Shown here: piece by piece, positions 1 through 26,400 of the stretch | Layout of the letters: every line of letters begins with the position of its first letter | How positions within the stretch are numbered: the stretch's first letter is position 1 | NCBI GenBank assembly: GCA_051294375.1 | Contig: CM119266.1 | Coordinates: 19,355,657-19,419,656, forward strand | From: Paraspadella gotoi | Taxonomy: Eukaryota > Animalia > Chaetognatha | DNA length: 64,000 bases | Direction: 5' to 3' | The notes under the pieces: generated by a model | Database searches by the model: none | The model's input: the letters and a program-made list of their open reading frames with translations, nothing else | Told to the model about the DNA's origin: nothing | Translations under genes and position numbers: made by a program

Positions 1-1102
1 AATTACTTTGGAGATGATGTTCTTTTCCCTGGAATATCATTGATATAGCGATGGCCGCTAAGTTGCGACAATTTTCGTGTTGCTCAAGTAGCATTTGCAG
101 CAGTGTAATGACCCCTGAAGAGGAGACCCAAGAGCTGTATGCCGTGGGCCAATTGTTCGCCTATTAAAAAGTTGTGAAATGTAGATAGATGACAATTCTC
201 TCACGGTCACGCTGGTTAAGTGTAATGGTACTATTATAAGCTCGCAAGTAACATGGGCTGGTAACTTTAGGTGCAACGCGCTGAGCGCCAGCTGTCGGGA
301 GATGCGTTACACCCAGGGCATCAAACCAGCCCCCCCGTTTCCATAAAAAAGTAATAAGTCATCAACAACAAAAGTACTAAAATTTACTAAAGTTTATTTA
401 GCTAAAATAGGTTAAAATCTGCAAAAATAACTTTTTGTTCGTGAAATTTAAAATTAACTAAGTGACAACAATAATTAATAATTTTTATCAGCGAGATTCT
501 CATCATTCTTCATCAATGTCACGGACTTTAAGAAGATTTTGTGGAATCATTCATGCGTTGACGGTCACGTGGTCCATCGGGACCGAATCACGTGACTGAT
601 GTGAATCACGAAGCCCAGATCCGTGATCCGTGATCGTGTTTTGAATTCGGTTCCTCCCTTCATGACTCGGGGGACGAGAACAACCGAAACCAATTCTCCT
701 ATTTTTTAACATCTTATAAATTATAATAGATTTTATTTGGAGCAAAAACTTATAATTTCACATTAAAATAGTTTTTTAAAAAATTTCAACAAGAGTTAAA
801 ATGAAAAATTTATAAAAAAAATATTTTTTTTGTTACCATAAATATATTAAAATTGTATGCCAAAAGAATTAAAAATTTTCCTAAACAAAATATTTTTATT
901 AGTTATTACTATATTTACAATAATTTTAATTTTATATCCAAGACTTTTAGTTTTTATTCTGTCTTACTTAATGTATAATATACAATATACATAAAGCCTT
1001 AAAGCTCAGATTAAAAAGTATTTTAGCTATATAGTTTACTATCATAGTATACCAAAATATTTGTAATTTATGTACTTGGACTGAATGACCAATGACAAAA
1101 AC

Positions 1103-1598
1103 ACCTTCATGAGCGCCATGAGCGTTTTAACGGCCATTTGCTTGACGTCCACGTCATTTCCAGGGGCCATCAATGCCGACAGAAGACGGAGCACGTCAGC
1201 TCGAGCCATTTCTTCCGCTTTTGACTGCGCCACGTGCCACAGGGCCTCGAGGTAGAGACGACGGTCCTCATCCGTAGCAACAAAGCCTCCGCCAGTACAG
1301 CCGCGACTCTTTGTTGAAACCCCGCTTCTTGTGTTAGACACGTAGCTGCCAGTATCATCGGCCTCATCAGAGCATGCCAATCTTGCCATCGATTCTTTCT
1401 CCAGCTTGAATATCATTTTCAACAGATATTTAAATTCTTTTCCTCCGACCAAGAGGTTAACGTTGTCCGCAGATTCACGGAGCAATGAAGTCAAGGCCTC
1501 CAGAATCGTCGTGAAGCAGCCTAAGGGTTTCAAACCGTTTTATCTGTAATTAGAGTATGGAAATGATAGATTTAAGCATTTAAGGCCTTTCTCATTAT

Positions 1599-1645
<47 letters not shown>

Positions 1646-4073
1646 CGCGCCCGATTGAGAGAAAGAGAGAATAAATAAATAGAGGAGAAGGTAATGAGGA
1701 AAAACTAATTGTCATCGGAGGATTTGTTTGGATGGAGATTGGATCGTCTGTTTGAGCAAAAGCGGAAGCAATCGTACGAAAGTCTCGCATCATTAATGCA
1801 AAATCGCGCGCGAGAGAGAGAGACATTAGTCAATACAGGGAGTAATGAATCAATAAATTATTGTGACGGGATTTGATTTGGAGGTTGTCACTTACTTTTT
1901 AGATTTGAAACGAGAGCGAAAATTTCATAAAAAATTACTTTCGTTATTTGGAAGTTTTGACGCTTTTATCAGATAGTCAACGATAATAGTCTGTAGCTCT
2001 GCGCCCAGGCTTTGACGTAATAGTCCATTTTCACACAGTCTACGAATAGAATAACTCACTAGTCATGTATGAAAGAAAGAATAAAATATACATGTTAGTA
2101 ATTTAGGCAACCTCGTAATAGCCTTGCTTCCTGGACAGATGGATTTGGGCACTTGCGACATTAGGTCGAAAAGAACTTTTTGTATCTAAAAGAAAAAAAA
2201 ATGATAAAAATAAGTTTCCTTTCCCAGTGAAGAAAGCAAGTTTACGTCGAGCTCGCGGTAAATCCGACGGTTGTCCGCTAGACCTGACGTCGACGCTACC
2301 AACTCGCAAATTTTCACTTGAATTAGTTCTCGCGCATCGACGCTCATCTAAGGAAAAAACAAAGAATTGAAAAATTAGCTCGTCTTATAGTATTTCAAGT
2401 TGAAAGTCGCCTCAAAAGCATACATTATAATTTAAAATTAATTTTGAGCTTAGACGGAGATAAAACCTCGAAAAGCTTTCGCAACCACAATTTATCCTTG
2501 AGGAACTGAACATTTTTGACGCGTTTCATGGCCTCCTTTAGAAATTCGAAAGCCGCCTCGGCGACTTCGTCGTCGCAGTCTGCTAACAACAGAGCGAATG
2601 TCGCTTCCAGAATCTTTTTATCTCTCGCCCAATCTCTGTTTTTCTCCAGCGAGCAAATCGACTTCAGCAAGACAAACATTTCAGTTTTAACCTGGTAATT
2701 AAAACGGGTCCGAATAGACATTAAACATCATTTATAAAAATAAATTAATGTTCATTATTAATCGCATAACTTCGCCTCACCTCCGGATCCGGGATTTTGA
2801 CGAGACTCATGGCGACCTTGTTGAACTCGTTCATGGACGTCAGCGCTCGCTTAACATCCCAATCAATGGAGAGCAGTTGCAAATTTTGAAGTGCTAATTT
2901 CTGTTAAGTTCAATAATTTAATTAAATGATTTAATAATTTATTTAAATTGATCTAACGCTACCTTGATGAGAACGTTTGGATTCTTGAGATGTAAACAGA
3001 TTATGTTCAGTCCGTTAAAACTTCTGACTTTGGCGACGAATCGAAAATCGGCCAGCAGACGACGGAGCAAAGTCAATGCTTGAATGATAAGCAACGCGTT
3101 CGTTGCTTTACCGCCTGAAAACGACAGTCTGTAACGTGTACAGTACGCTTAATCACTGGCTCATATGATTATAGAATATCCCGGCAGCGCAGACCTGGTT
3201 TCATGAATGGCACCAACAAGTTTTGGATGTTGGGATATTCCTTAGTCACTCTGTAAGCGAAGGGCGACGTTTCCACGAGAGGGTTTAGGAGTGTCAGAGT
3301 GCGAAGGGCGAGATTCTGATTTTTCGTCTGTCGCCATTGAAATTAGGAAATTCTCCGTAAACGTTTTTCGACCTTATTTTGCGAGAGCGCCCCATTTCAT
3401 TTTAAATTCGGGATTCAACTAGGTTAGGTATTAGAGTTGTGGTTTAAAGTTAGGAACTTAGGGTTAAGGGATTAAGGTTCGAGATTAATATTCAAAATTT
3501 AGGGTTAGGGTTAAGGATTAAATTAGGGTTAAGCATTAAGGTTAAGAATTAGGGTTAAGGATTGGGGTTATTTGTTTAATAACAAATTATAATTAAAAGT
3601 TATGGTTAAATTAATAAAATTTTACTTTTGCCGACCAATGTTTTGGCGTCTTTTAAAAACTACTTACAAATAATTTTAAAAAATTTTATAAAATTATTAC
3701 TTAATTACCTTAAACCCTCTTAACCCTAACCACCCTAAACCCAATCGGCGATTAAGGAATAGAAATAGGGCGTTTTTTGAAAACATATAACAACAACAAT
3801 AACAACACCAACAACCTGCAGAAACCGAAGAATTTTCTGCGTGACTTGGTGTTGGACAAGGATGAGTGCTGCCTCCGCGCACCTCTCCACATATTCATAC
3901 AAAGCCGCCAAGACCGAGATCAAAACGCCATCTTCGCCCGCTTCCAGCAGCGGGTAGGTCGTGTCCAGCTTTCCGATTTCCGTCTTTAAGGCGTCGAATT
4001 TGTCGGCCGCCTTGCCCGACGCGGGCCTCTTCGACTTGCCCGACGATTTGGAACTAGCTTGGGATTTGACCAT
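1103..4073 (-). CDS. ARMC3: Armadillo-repeat protein, ARMC3-like (multi-exon; 3' end uncertain)
   Basis: Phase-consistent GT-AG exons at about 4073-3816, 3327-3195, 3114-2963, 2900-2781, 2691-2468, 2347-2244, 2185-2111, 2038-1939 and 1520-1103. N-terminus DKFDALKTEIGKLDTTYPLLEAGEDGVLISVLAALYEY resembles the ARMC3 start (DVFDPLMIESKKAATVVLML...EEILAKACEAIYKF, from memory). The rest is helical and Leu-rich. A possible last exon lies near 698-660. Confidence 0.6.
3421..3745. repeat. Degenerate TTAGGG/TTAAGG telomere-like tract (3421-3570) with a complementary CCCTAA-like tract (3704-3745)
   Basis: Repeated ttagggttaagg variants, then taaccctaaccaccctaaaccc, inside the first coding intron of the ARMC3-like gene. 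Confidence 0.7.
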
Positions 4074-4659
4074 GGTTCCTTATTGCTTCTGGGTACGGAT
4101 GAGATTTAAGACCTACTCTTTTTAAGATGCAGTCACAAGAGGAATTATTGAAATTTTTAAAAAAATTGTATCGTATGTTTCGAAAATAACTAATCTCTAA
4201 AAAGATGTTAAGTTGTAATATTTTGAATTTTTTATGATAAAAAAAGAACTTTTACAAAATCGAAAAAGGCATTTTGAGTAGGTTTGTAATATCAGATTTA
4301 GAATATTATTCATATGCATTAAGCTGTATTCATGATTCCCCGCCAAGCACATTGTCTATATGAGCATCGAATAACGGGAAACAAGATGTATAATATATAT
4401 GCTGTTTTCTGATGAAAAATTTAAAAAAATAAAAGAAAAAAAATGAGGATTCATTTTACGAAGGTTTACGGGATTGAGATGGTCCATAGAGTAAAATCTT
4501 ACAAGTTTACAAGTTTAGGAACTGACTACGAAAACCTTACCTTTCTTAAAGATATGAATGACCAAAGAAAAGGGACATAAATAAAAGGGAGAAAAACACG
4601 ATCTCAATGAAAACATGGGGGACAAAAAAAACAAAAAAAAAACCCTCTTTATCGACCGA

Positions 4660-4990
4660 CAATGCTCGGTTCGTTTCTACTGCAGCGTGCCACGACAACT
4701 TTGTTAGTACACGGCTGTTTCGTGGCGCGCGAGATATTAACTCGCGTAGCGCGAGACACAATCCTACGGCGCGCGAGTGAGTTCGCCACGCAACGAGCCG
4801 TAGGCGTGTTGCTCGCTGGAAGCCAGTGCGCGCGTGTCGTCTAGCGGGGTTTTTTTTTTTTTCTCTCTCGGCGTCGTGAAATGACGTCTCTTCTTCTTTC
4901 GTTTCCTTTCGTCGGACTCGCGAGGCTTTCATTCAACACGATGCCTTCATTGACAAGACTGCGATCCAATTCAGACCGCGTCGTCTTTCA
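4660..4990. promoter_or_regulatory. CpG-rich island between divergently transcribed ARMC3-like and MEK genes; probable promoter/5' UTR
   Basis: Local CG enrichment (gcgcgcga, cgcgtagcgcga) in AT-rich surroundings, with no credible ORF. A minus-strand donor (GTAAGG) lies near 4540. Confidence 0.35.
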
Positions 4991-6843
4991 TTCACATCTC
5001 TTTTTGTGACAAGCCCGTTTTAAATTCAGGACTCTCTAATCTCGATATATCTTCCAAGTTCAACGCACTGATACCTTGCTCTGCTTTTGGTTCGCTCATA
5101 AATAAATTTTTTTATGCATTTGTACAAAGTAGAAGAGTTTTATTTTCGATTAATAACGATTAAAATTGAATTCGGACATGTTTCGGTTTTTATTTCAAAC
5201 CTTTATCAGCGCATTTTGACAAATTGTTTTGACAAATACAAGTATTCATTTCTATTCATTTTTAATGCCTCAACAAAGTATATTCGACACGTGACCCACG
5301 AGCACTGAGCAGCTTCTTGCGTGACATGTATAAAATGTATCACATCACCAGAAAATAGCTTCTTCTATACAAGTTTCATACTTGTCGGGATGCGAAATTA
5401 AAAAGTTCTCACGTGATCACTTAGTATCATACAACATAAGAAGATAGAAGACAACAGTAACCTCTCTCGACACAAATATGCTAAAGGTAGCCAATATTTG
5501 AAATTTGATTGTTAAAATCTTAAAAGTTTATTATTTTCATAAAATTATAACTATATTTTCGGATATTTTCATTAAAAGCATGGGAAAGAAAATAATCTAG
5601 TAACTTTCATAATCAGAGAGCAAATTCTGACCATTAACTTTATTTTAATTTATCACAAAATTCCAAATTCTTTATTTTTATGCATATTTATTTATCAAAG
5701 TTTTTTTTTCATCTATTCATTTTTTTAAACAAATTTAATATATATATATATATATAATAAGGAAGTTCCCGAGTGTAGTAAACTGCATCCTAAGGCGAAG
5801 GCCGTAATCTTTCTTCTCCGATCGAAAACTCGTGAAGTGAAAGCGAAGCCGAGATTTCTAATGAGTGAATCATTTCTTTTTTCGGATTTTCAGTCATCCT
5901 AATCCAAACAAGTAATTCTGACTTGAGAAACAGAACTGCGAAAAGATTTTGTTTAGATTTTAATCTCTTTTTTCTTTTTTTTTGGGGGGGGTGTTGTTTT
6001 TTTTTTAAACGAAATTAGAGAAATTCGGTACAAAATTAAAGAATTTTTTTAAAAATTCGATCGTTTCACTTTTAAAAACGAAAAAAAAAAACAAAAAAAA
6101 CAACAAGAAACAGTTGCTTTTTTAAATTTTAGCAGTTTTTTAATGAAAGGTTGTTTTTTTTCATAGAAAAAAAAGTTTCGAATGGTTTTGCCAAGCCAAC
6201 ATGACTTCGCCGACTTCTACATCGATTTTGTTCGTGTTTAAACACGATTTTTTTTACAAAATTTATCTCCTGTGTTTACGATATATCCAAAATTATTGGC
6301 AATAAAATAAAAAATCAAGCCAAGCATTTTTAGATATAAAAAAAACTTTCCGACGGGATAAAGAAATGAGATATTTCAAATTACCGGAAAAAAAAAACTA
6401 TCATTATTCTCCATATTTATTATAACTCTTTTTTTACGACTGCACCCGTCATTTTAAAGATCGGTAAACCTTTTTTAGAACTTTGTTTAATATAACCATA
6501 CATTATATTTTCCTATGTCATCAACTCGACCGTAAGCAATGTTTCCTTCTGCGCCGTTAACTCAGAAAACCACGTAAACAGAATTGACGCAAAAATACAA
6601 ATACAAAAAACGAAAGTCGAAGGAAAAAAAAGTCCGCTGTTTTGCAGATGAAATAAGTTAAGCAGAGACCGACTCCTTAAAAAAAAATAAATAAAATTTC
6701 TGTCTCGCTTTTATTCTTCACGCTGCTCGTTCTAAAAAAATAAAAAGCTCTATTACTTATGACTCCGTTATCCTATCTGTTTTAACATCACGAAAAAAAC
6801 AAAACGAAAAAAAAACAAAACAAAACGAAACGAAAAAAAAAAA

Positions 6844-18660
<11,817 letters not shown>

Positions 18661-20454
18661 CGACTCGCTTTTCTTTTTTTTTTCCTCTCTCCTTCCCTGA
18701 TTGTTCTAACTTCGCTTTTCCCAATCCCATGACCCGATTTCATTTTTCTTTTACCCTTCTTTAATTATTACCGTGAAATCAGTAGAACAACGACAACAAC
18801 GACAACAACGAAAGAGTATAGTTTTTAGGAATGTTCTGTTGTTTAAAAAAAAAAAAGGGAAATTAGTACATTTATTATTAAAATATTATTATTTTAATTG
18901 CATTGCTTTCTTCTTCATCGAATGAGTCGTACAGAAATATAAAAAAAAAAAAAAATTAGATAAAATTTGATTATGAAATTTGCGTTGTTGTTTTTGTTCT
19001 CTCTGCCTTTATGTAGCGAGATTGATCAAAAGTACAAGAGGTCCAAGGACGATTTTCCAGGTTTACTGTTTTTACCTTCTCAGTTATATTCACAATTTAA
19101 TAAAATAATGTTGCTTTACCATGTTTTAATTTTCATTACTGATTCATATACCGCTCTTTTTCAACACCGAAAGTAAATTATATTTCCACGATGTTTTTTT
19201 TTTTCGACCTATTTTAATTTGAAGCCCTCGAGTATAAACACTGTTTTTACGGTTTACATGTCATAGAAAAAAATAAATTATAGTTATAGTTTGTCAAGAT
19301 GATTTCCTATAAAATTTTGTAACTTATTTTAATGTGCTTTTCTCTCGAGTCCGCTTTAACACAGTTTTGCTCTGAGAGATTAAGCTCGGTCAAATACGAG
19401 TGAGCGTGAAAATTAATGTTCGTTTTCTAGAATATTGCTTTTGGAACGTCGCTTTTGAAACGTCGCAACCGAGTTTAATTGAAGTCTTTGACGTGATTCT
19501 TTCATTTTGTGTCCCCGGCGTCCACAACTTATGTGGATATAACCAATTAAATTGATCATTTGGTCACACGTTTTGAAAAGTAATAAGGAAAAAAAACTCC
19601 AAAACTCTTACTGTCCACGCTTTATGGCGTTATCATTTTACACGTTTTCATGGGCTTTTATACTCTTTTTGTAATTTGCTTGTTCGAAAACAAAAACAAA
19701 ATAATTTATAATCCGAGCATGAAGTCGGTATATATGACAGTAGATTTATAGATTTCTTGCCACATTCGACTGCACGTCGGCGAGCAAAGATTTCGTCGGT
19801 CGTAGCCGCTCTCATCATAAATCTTATTTCCGTGATAATTTTTTACTGATTCATGTAAACGAGATGTTTTAATCAAAACTGTATGCAAATGCTCAGTTGA
19901 CAATATATTTTATCATCTCTGGTTGTGTACCAGAAATATTTTTAACGTAAAACTCTTCTCCCATCCACTTAGTTCTAAACGCTTGGTCTGCAGTCTAGAA
20001 AAATTATAGAGATAAAAATTAAACGAGAACATGTTTTTTTTTAATTCAATAACAACTGGTAATAAATACAAAAACACCCTAGCAAAATACAACGAAAAAA
20101 AAAGAACAACAGTCATACATAATCACTCTTGATCAGCAATTTAAAATTAATTAGCATATATAAATAATAATCTCGCCAAAGCATGCGGCGACGCGATTAC
20201 GAAACGCGTTAGAGTTATGGTCGGAAAGGAAGGGGATTGAGAGAGATGCATATATTTTTGGAAAGGGCGTCTTGGACTGTCATCTCAATCACCTTCTCAG
20301 TCGCGGTCTTTGCAAATTATTGCACAATGCACAAGCTCGCTTTCTCCGTCTCCAAAGTTCAGCGACTTCCGTGTGGGTCGACAAAAAAAAAAAAAAATCC
20401 AAAAATCGATGCGTATTTTGGTCAAAAACTTTTCCACGCCTCCGTTCACACGTC

Positions 20455-23400
20455 TCACATCTTGGAGCCGTAGGCGGGGTTGGTGTAGGTCGAAGTGGCC
20501 TTCTTGTAGATGGGGTTCTCGCCCGTGTCCCACTTGGCGTTTTGTCGTTCCGCCTCGAATTTGGCAAACTCCCGTCGGTCGGTGATCATCGTGTAGAGTT
20601 TCCAGATGAGAAGGAGCGCCAGACCGATTGCCACGATACCTTATTGAGAATATATAAAATGAAAAATCAAATTCGAAACAATATTCGGCTTAATTTTACA
20701 TTCGCCGACGAGGGTTAGAGGGTTCGTGTAAAGTGTTGTTTAGGGCTTTAGGGTTAGGTAACAAATTTGGTTATTTTATTTTAATTTTAATACATTGTTA
20801 CTCATTTGAAGCGTCGGCGAACGTAAAATTTTAGCCACCATTTTTTTATTGCGTTTTTGTTCATTATTTTTTTTTTTAGTGATCCTTTCTCTCTCGTTTA
20901 CCGATAATGACGCCGAAGATGATGAACCAAAAGTCAATGTCTTGAGGACAGACTTTCTTTTCTTGCGATCGAATGTATATGTTGTTTTCTTGGTCGTATC
21001 GATAGGCGAAGAAAAAGCTGCAATCGTCAACTTGATCCTGATTGGAGAAATTCAAGGAGAATAATTTTAAAAAAAGTTAAAAAAGGTTTTTAGGTTAAAC
21101 GAAATTGTAAGGAGGAGGTGATGTTTTAAAGTGAAGAAAAGACACAGTTGGATTAGTTCGAGATTTAAATATTTTTCTGACAAAAAGTGTTGAGTTACGC
21201 TTAACAATAAAAACCAAAAAAATTTAAGAGATTGCGATAATGAATGTTTTATAATATATGGCTAAACTTTTATTACTTTTATAAACAGTAAAAAAAAATA
21301 TTAGTGATTTTTATAAAAATGATAAATTAATGTAATATTTACACTTGCTTTAGTTCAACTTCAATCAAACCCTCTCTGTCTTTCTTTCTTTAATGTCACA
21401 CGTTTATTGTGAGAATAAATCGTTTTCGAAAAGTTGATTAGGAATTTTTATGTCCGAAAGCCTCAAGGGGGGAAAACGCGGGAACACAAACGCACCCAAC
21501 AGCAGATTAATCACGATGTAAACATGCGGACTCACTAAAACTTCCTAAATTCAGAAATAACACTAATCTTTCTGGTTAGCTATCCAAAAAACAAGTATGT
21601 TAGAAATAGAATGAATGATTGACATCGGCAACAGAGTGTTGTGGAAGTGGCTTAAATCTTAAAAAATTTGAAAAAAATATTTTTTATACAATTATGTTAC
21701 AATTATGTTGCCTATTCTTGACTTGTAGAATTTTGATTGAGGCAAATTATTACTTTTAACTACGCTGTATTAAGACAATAAAATTTAAGAAAAACAAACC
21801 TTGAATTGACATCTACGAAATCCTAGTTCCTCCTTCACCTCTTCAGGTTCTGGCAACTTCTCTAAAGGGAAATTGCAAAGATCATCTGTGAAAAAGGAAA
21901 GTGATTTGGGTGGGAAATTGAGCGAACGTGAAACTAAGACGAAAAAAACAAGTGACCCCGATAATTTCCGAGACTTAAACCCAAAACATAATTTGTTTCT
22001 TTATTGGAACCCGCGCTCTACAAAAAAGTAAATCAATCACTTAGTTATTTTCTAAAGATTTTTATTGATTTTGACTATTTCCTCGCTTGTATGTATCATC
22101 GATGGTGACCAGTGACCACTGAGCAGAAGCAATCTCTTAATTCGCTTTTTCAATTTTAACATTTTTCACAGTAAACGATGTTCATACTTAAAACTTAAGA
22201 AATAAATGATAAATTATTGGGGGTTAGAACCGAAATAAAGACTTCGTCTTAGACAGGAAATAGGATGAACCGTAAACAACATTTTCGGAATGTGGACGAC
22301 AACAACAACAACTTTAATAGCCATAAATTCGACCGCAATTGCTTGGCTGAGAGGAGTCTGGATATTTTTTGTAGGAAGTTTAAAAATAGGCTATTTTAAC
22401 GATTTGAATATCCGTTATCTGTTATTTCTTAGATCGAGATATTCGGGAGAGAGAAGCCCAAATGACAATGCGTCACACGACCTAAAATTGCCAAAGGAAA
22501 AAAACCTATGACGAATGCAGTTCAAAGTCCGAACAGAAATAGAAATATTTCGTAATTTTATAACAGATTCTTCACCCGTTTTTCAAACTATTTTCATATT
22601 TTTGAACTGACGTCAAGGAATGTTTAAAGAGGTTTTTCCGAATACAATTGTTTTTTATTTCAACTTGTATTCTTCAATCAACTTGTCGTTAGTTTTAGCA
22701 AAAACCGGTTTTGACGACTTGCATCTACTAGGGATTTCTCCATCGCGTGCAATAACTACCAACTGTCTTGTAATTTAAAAAAAAAATTATAAATGGCAAA
22801 GTGTCGAAACCCTTTTCCACAGATAAATTGGAAAAGAAAAAAAGATAACACAGTTCCATTTTCGAATCGTTCATACTTCTTGACTGATAATAAACGAAGA
22901 GAATATATTGAAAAAAAAAACACCCAAAAACAATTAAATTAAAAAAAAACTCATAAAATGCAGTTTATTGCTGCTTTATTTAATCTTCCCTCGTTTGTCT
23001 CGTCCCTTAATATCGTTTTAATCTTCGTTATCGTCGCTTTCATCGTCATCATCGTCGATAAACTCCCGCGTTTTAAGGGATTCGGACGCACGACGATTTT
23101 AGGCGTCGACAGCATGAAAATAGACGCTTGTCCGGTGAGGGCGCTAACGTCAACGTCTCAAACTCTAAAGCAGACTTCGCAACAAGCTCTGCTTACATTT
23201 GCTTGCTTAGACGGTCTCGACTGGGAAGACGCGCTTCTTTACTTATTGATCTACAAACAAGGTCGGTCTTGCTTTAGACTTAGCACGGGCTTAGCTAGAG
23301 CCAAACTTTGTCAATGGGGTGGGTCAGAAGCACTAGTAATTAATTTTTTAATATTTATTTATAGATAGGAAATGTCAAAAATTTTTTTGAATTTTGTATT

Positions 23401-26400
23401 TTTAAAAGCAGATTCAGATAGCTTATTAAAAGTTGTCTACACAAAGTATAATTCTTTTTTCAATATTTTGATGATAAGTGGGTCAAAATTGGGAAAAACC
23501 TAAAAAAATCATTCTCATCATCATCATCCGAAGATTTTAATAGTTTTTGAGAATTTTTAATAATAAAACGTCAAAATTTTAAAAAATAAAAAACTTTTTG
23601 AGCTCTATCAGAATCAATTAAAAAAACTTAAAATATCTAAAAAAATTTTTTGACATTATATAGCAATATAATAATTTTAATTAACGAATTACTCATGGTT
23701 CTGAACATTTTTGCAAAAAAATATTTTAACACAATAACTAATACCAATAATGGATTCGTTTAATGCTGTTCCAATTAAAATTTAAATTTGGTCGGCTACC
23801 GCTAAGCCTTAAATTTGAAATTTAACTCAGGTTGCAAAATACTTAAACAACGACTTAAAATTGAGTTGAAAAAAAGGAATTTGGATTGGGAAACTTATTG
23901 TCGTCAAAACGATGAGTTCATCAGGTAAATGATTAAGATTTTGACAATTTTCTCACTTATGAAAAATTGACATATAACTTGTTTTATTAGTCTAAATTAG
24001 ATTATATTTTAAAATGAATATAAAAGGTTTATCATAAGTAATAAACTTAATTATTTAGATATTTATTTTATATTTAATAATGTAATGTGGATAGGCCTGT
24101 TAGCGATGTCTTCTAGAAATAGAAGGAGCATCTTATACAACACAAGGTTAAAAATACTTAATAGTAAGGCGTTGGCTTAAAACCCCAAGTCACCCCCATG
24201 TTATTTTGTCTAGAGTTTTATTGATGCCACTTTTTTCTTTTGCCAGGTCGTACCCTTCTTTCGACTGCAGCGCCATCGGTGATTCCGGGTATCCAGATTT
24301 TGAACGAAAAGACGTAACATTTCTCTCTTTCGTCTTGGCGCCAAATTTAACGACTGAGGGCGTCAGGCCACCTAGAGATCCGTTGCTATGTGACGAAATC
24401 TCGAAAAACGCCGTCGTCAGGCTAAAGGCTTTTCGAAATGAGCTCGCGCATCGAGGTAAAACAACATTGCAAAACAAAAAAACAAAACAAAAAAAAACCA
24501 TTAAAAACAGAAAGAAACAGAGAAAATAAAAGAAATAAATAAAGGAGCAGTTAAAGGAAAATATAAATACAATTTTTAATTTACATGATTTTATCTATTT
24601 ATATTTTTATAGTTAGAAGTGACGAGTGATATTTGCAAAACAAATAGTTTTTCATTTTTCCCGCTAGGCGACGACAAAAGAGCAAACGGAGAATTCGCAG
24701 CCCGATTCGTGGAAGTGAGAGAATGTCTTGACGAGATCATCGCAAGTGGAACCGGAAGCGATGGTGAAGATCGTCTCTCCTCAGAAAATTCCTTTAACGA
24801 GACTCTGGACATAATTTCAACAATTGCCCAAAATTTAAGCTCCATGTCAGGATGAAGCCGGGCCACGTCGGGGAGTCAACGAGCGATTTTGTACTTATCC
24901 GTTGCAGAAATCCTTAGCCTCGTTCATTGAAAAATCTTACACCATTATAAATTTTACTAGATATTTTTGAACACGTAATATTTATTTAAGATATCACTAA
25001 AGCTAATAAAAAACGAAGCCGAAGGCTGAAGAAACATCTTGGGCAGCAAATCATTTAGCTCGTATAATATTTCGATTTCATTATGTAAAATAAACTCACT
25101 CGTTTCGCAGTCATCGGCGAGGGATCCAGTTCCAAAAGTGAGACATTGCACACAATCTTTGTATTTGAAGCAAGTTCCCTCACACTTTGGACAGTCTTCG
25201 CAAGTTGGACCTCGGTAGTTGGAAGAAGTGTTGCACCTTGGATTGGAGAGGGAAGGACAGAATTGTATTGATGTGGGTACTGGTTACCGTCACCCATTAA
25301 CCAGTAACCAATAACCAGTCATACGAAAATCTTTTGTTTTTATTTCAACCTGCATGTTCCGCAAACGCAGACCCCGTGGTTGTTACAGAGTTCTCCGGTA
25401 GAGGCGATGCAGGTGGCGTTAGAAGTGGCGCATCCACAGTCGTTGCCCACAAAGCCGTCCTTGCATTCGCATCTGCCACAGACACAGGTGCCGCGATCAG
25501 CGCCACCGCAGAGTTCACTCTTGTATCGGTCGCAGCTGAAATTGTCGCATTCACAGAAAGGGCCGGTCACCACCTCGTTCTGGTAGAGAGGAAAAAGATG
25601 GGGGGGGGGAAGGAAGAAAGATTAATAAAGAGTCGTAGTCAAGGTTACCAATAAATACGGAAATAGACGGTAGATTAAACGGAATTAATATGGAATGGAA
25701 TGAATAAATAAACATAGGCGATAGGATAAAATAAGGAAAGAGAACTCTTTGAATAAAACCGCATCAGCACAAACTGGCAATTGGCTTCATAGCAATCAGG
25801 GATTCGCGAGAGAGTTATTTCCCTTTAAATATGGATGAAAAATTCGATCTCTGCGGACGTCAAAACCGTTTCTTTTTTTTTACCTCCATCTTTTTTTACA
25901 ACCACTTCGATGAAATTAGTACAACCAGTATAAAAATTATCCATTCATTTAAAGAAAATCCAAAGTTTAACTTTGTTTCCAAACAACGCTGTTTTCATTA
26001 AAACCGTCGTTTGTGATAAAAAAAAAAATTCAACTTTGTTTTTTCTCAATCTCTTACTAAAGGAAAAGAAAAGAAATTTATTTAAATAATAAGCTATCTT
26101 GCCCCTGACTTTGAACAGGCTATTGTGCTTTAAGGCCTCCATCACTCTTACAAGATAATAACATAGCAGAAACCCTGCAAAGCTTTCAATCAAGACTCTC
26201 TCTCTCTCTGTCTATTTATTCACTACCAGAAAACCTGTCTTCCCGATCAGTTTCATTTATCCTTTCATAACTAATTTTCTCCCCCGCCGTATTTTCTAAT
26301 TTTCTATAATCCTCCGTCATAAACGCTATTGTACTCTTTCAAACTATTTTATTAATTGAAGTTCGTTTATTCCAATAACGAATTGGCACACCTTGTTTTT

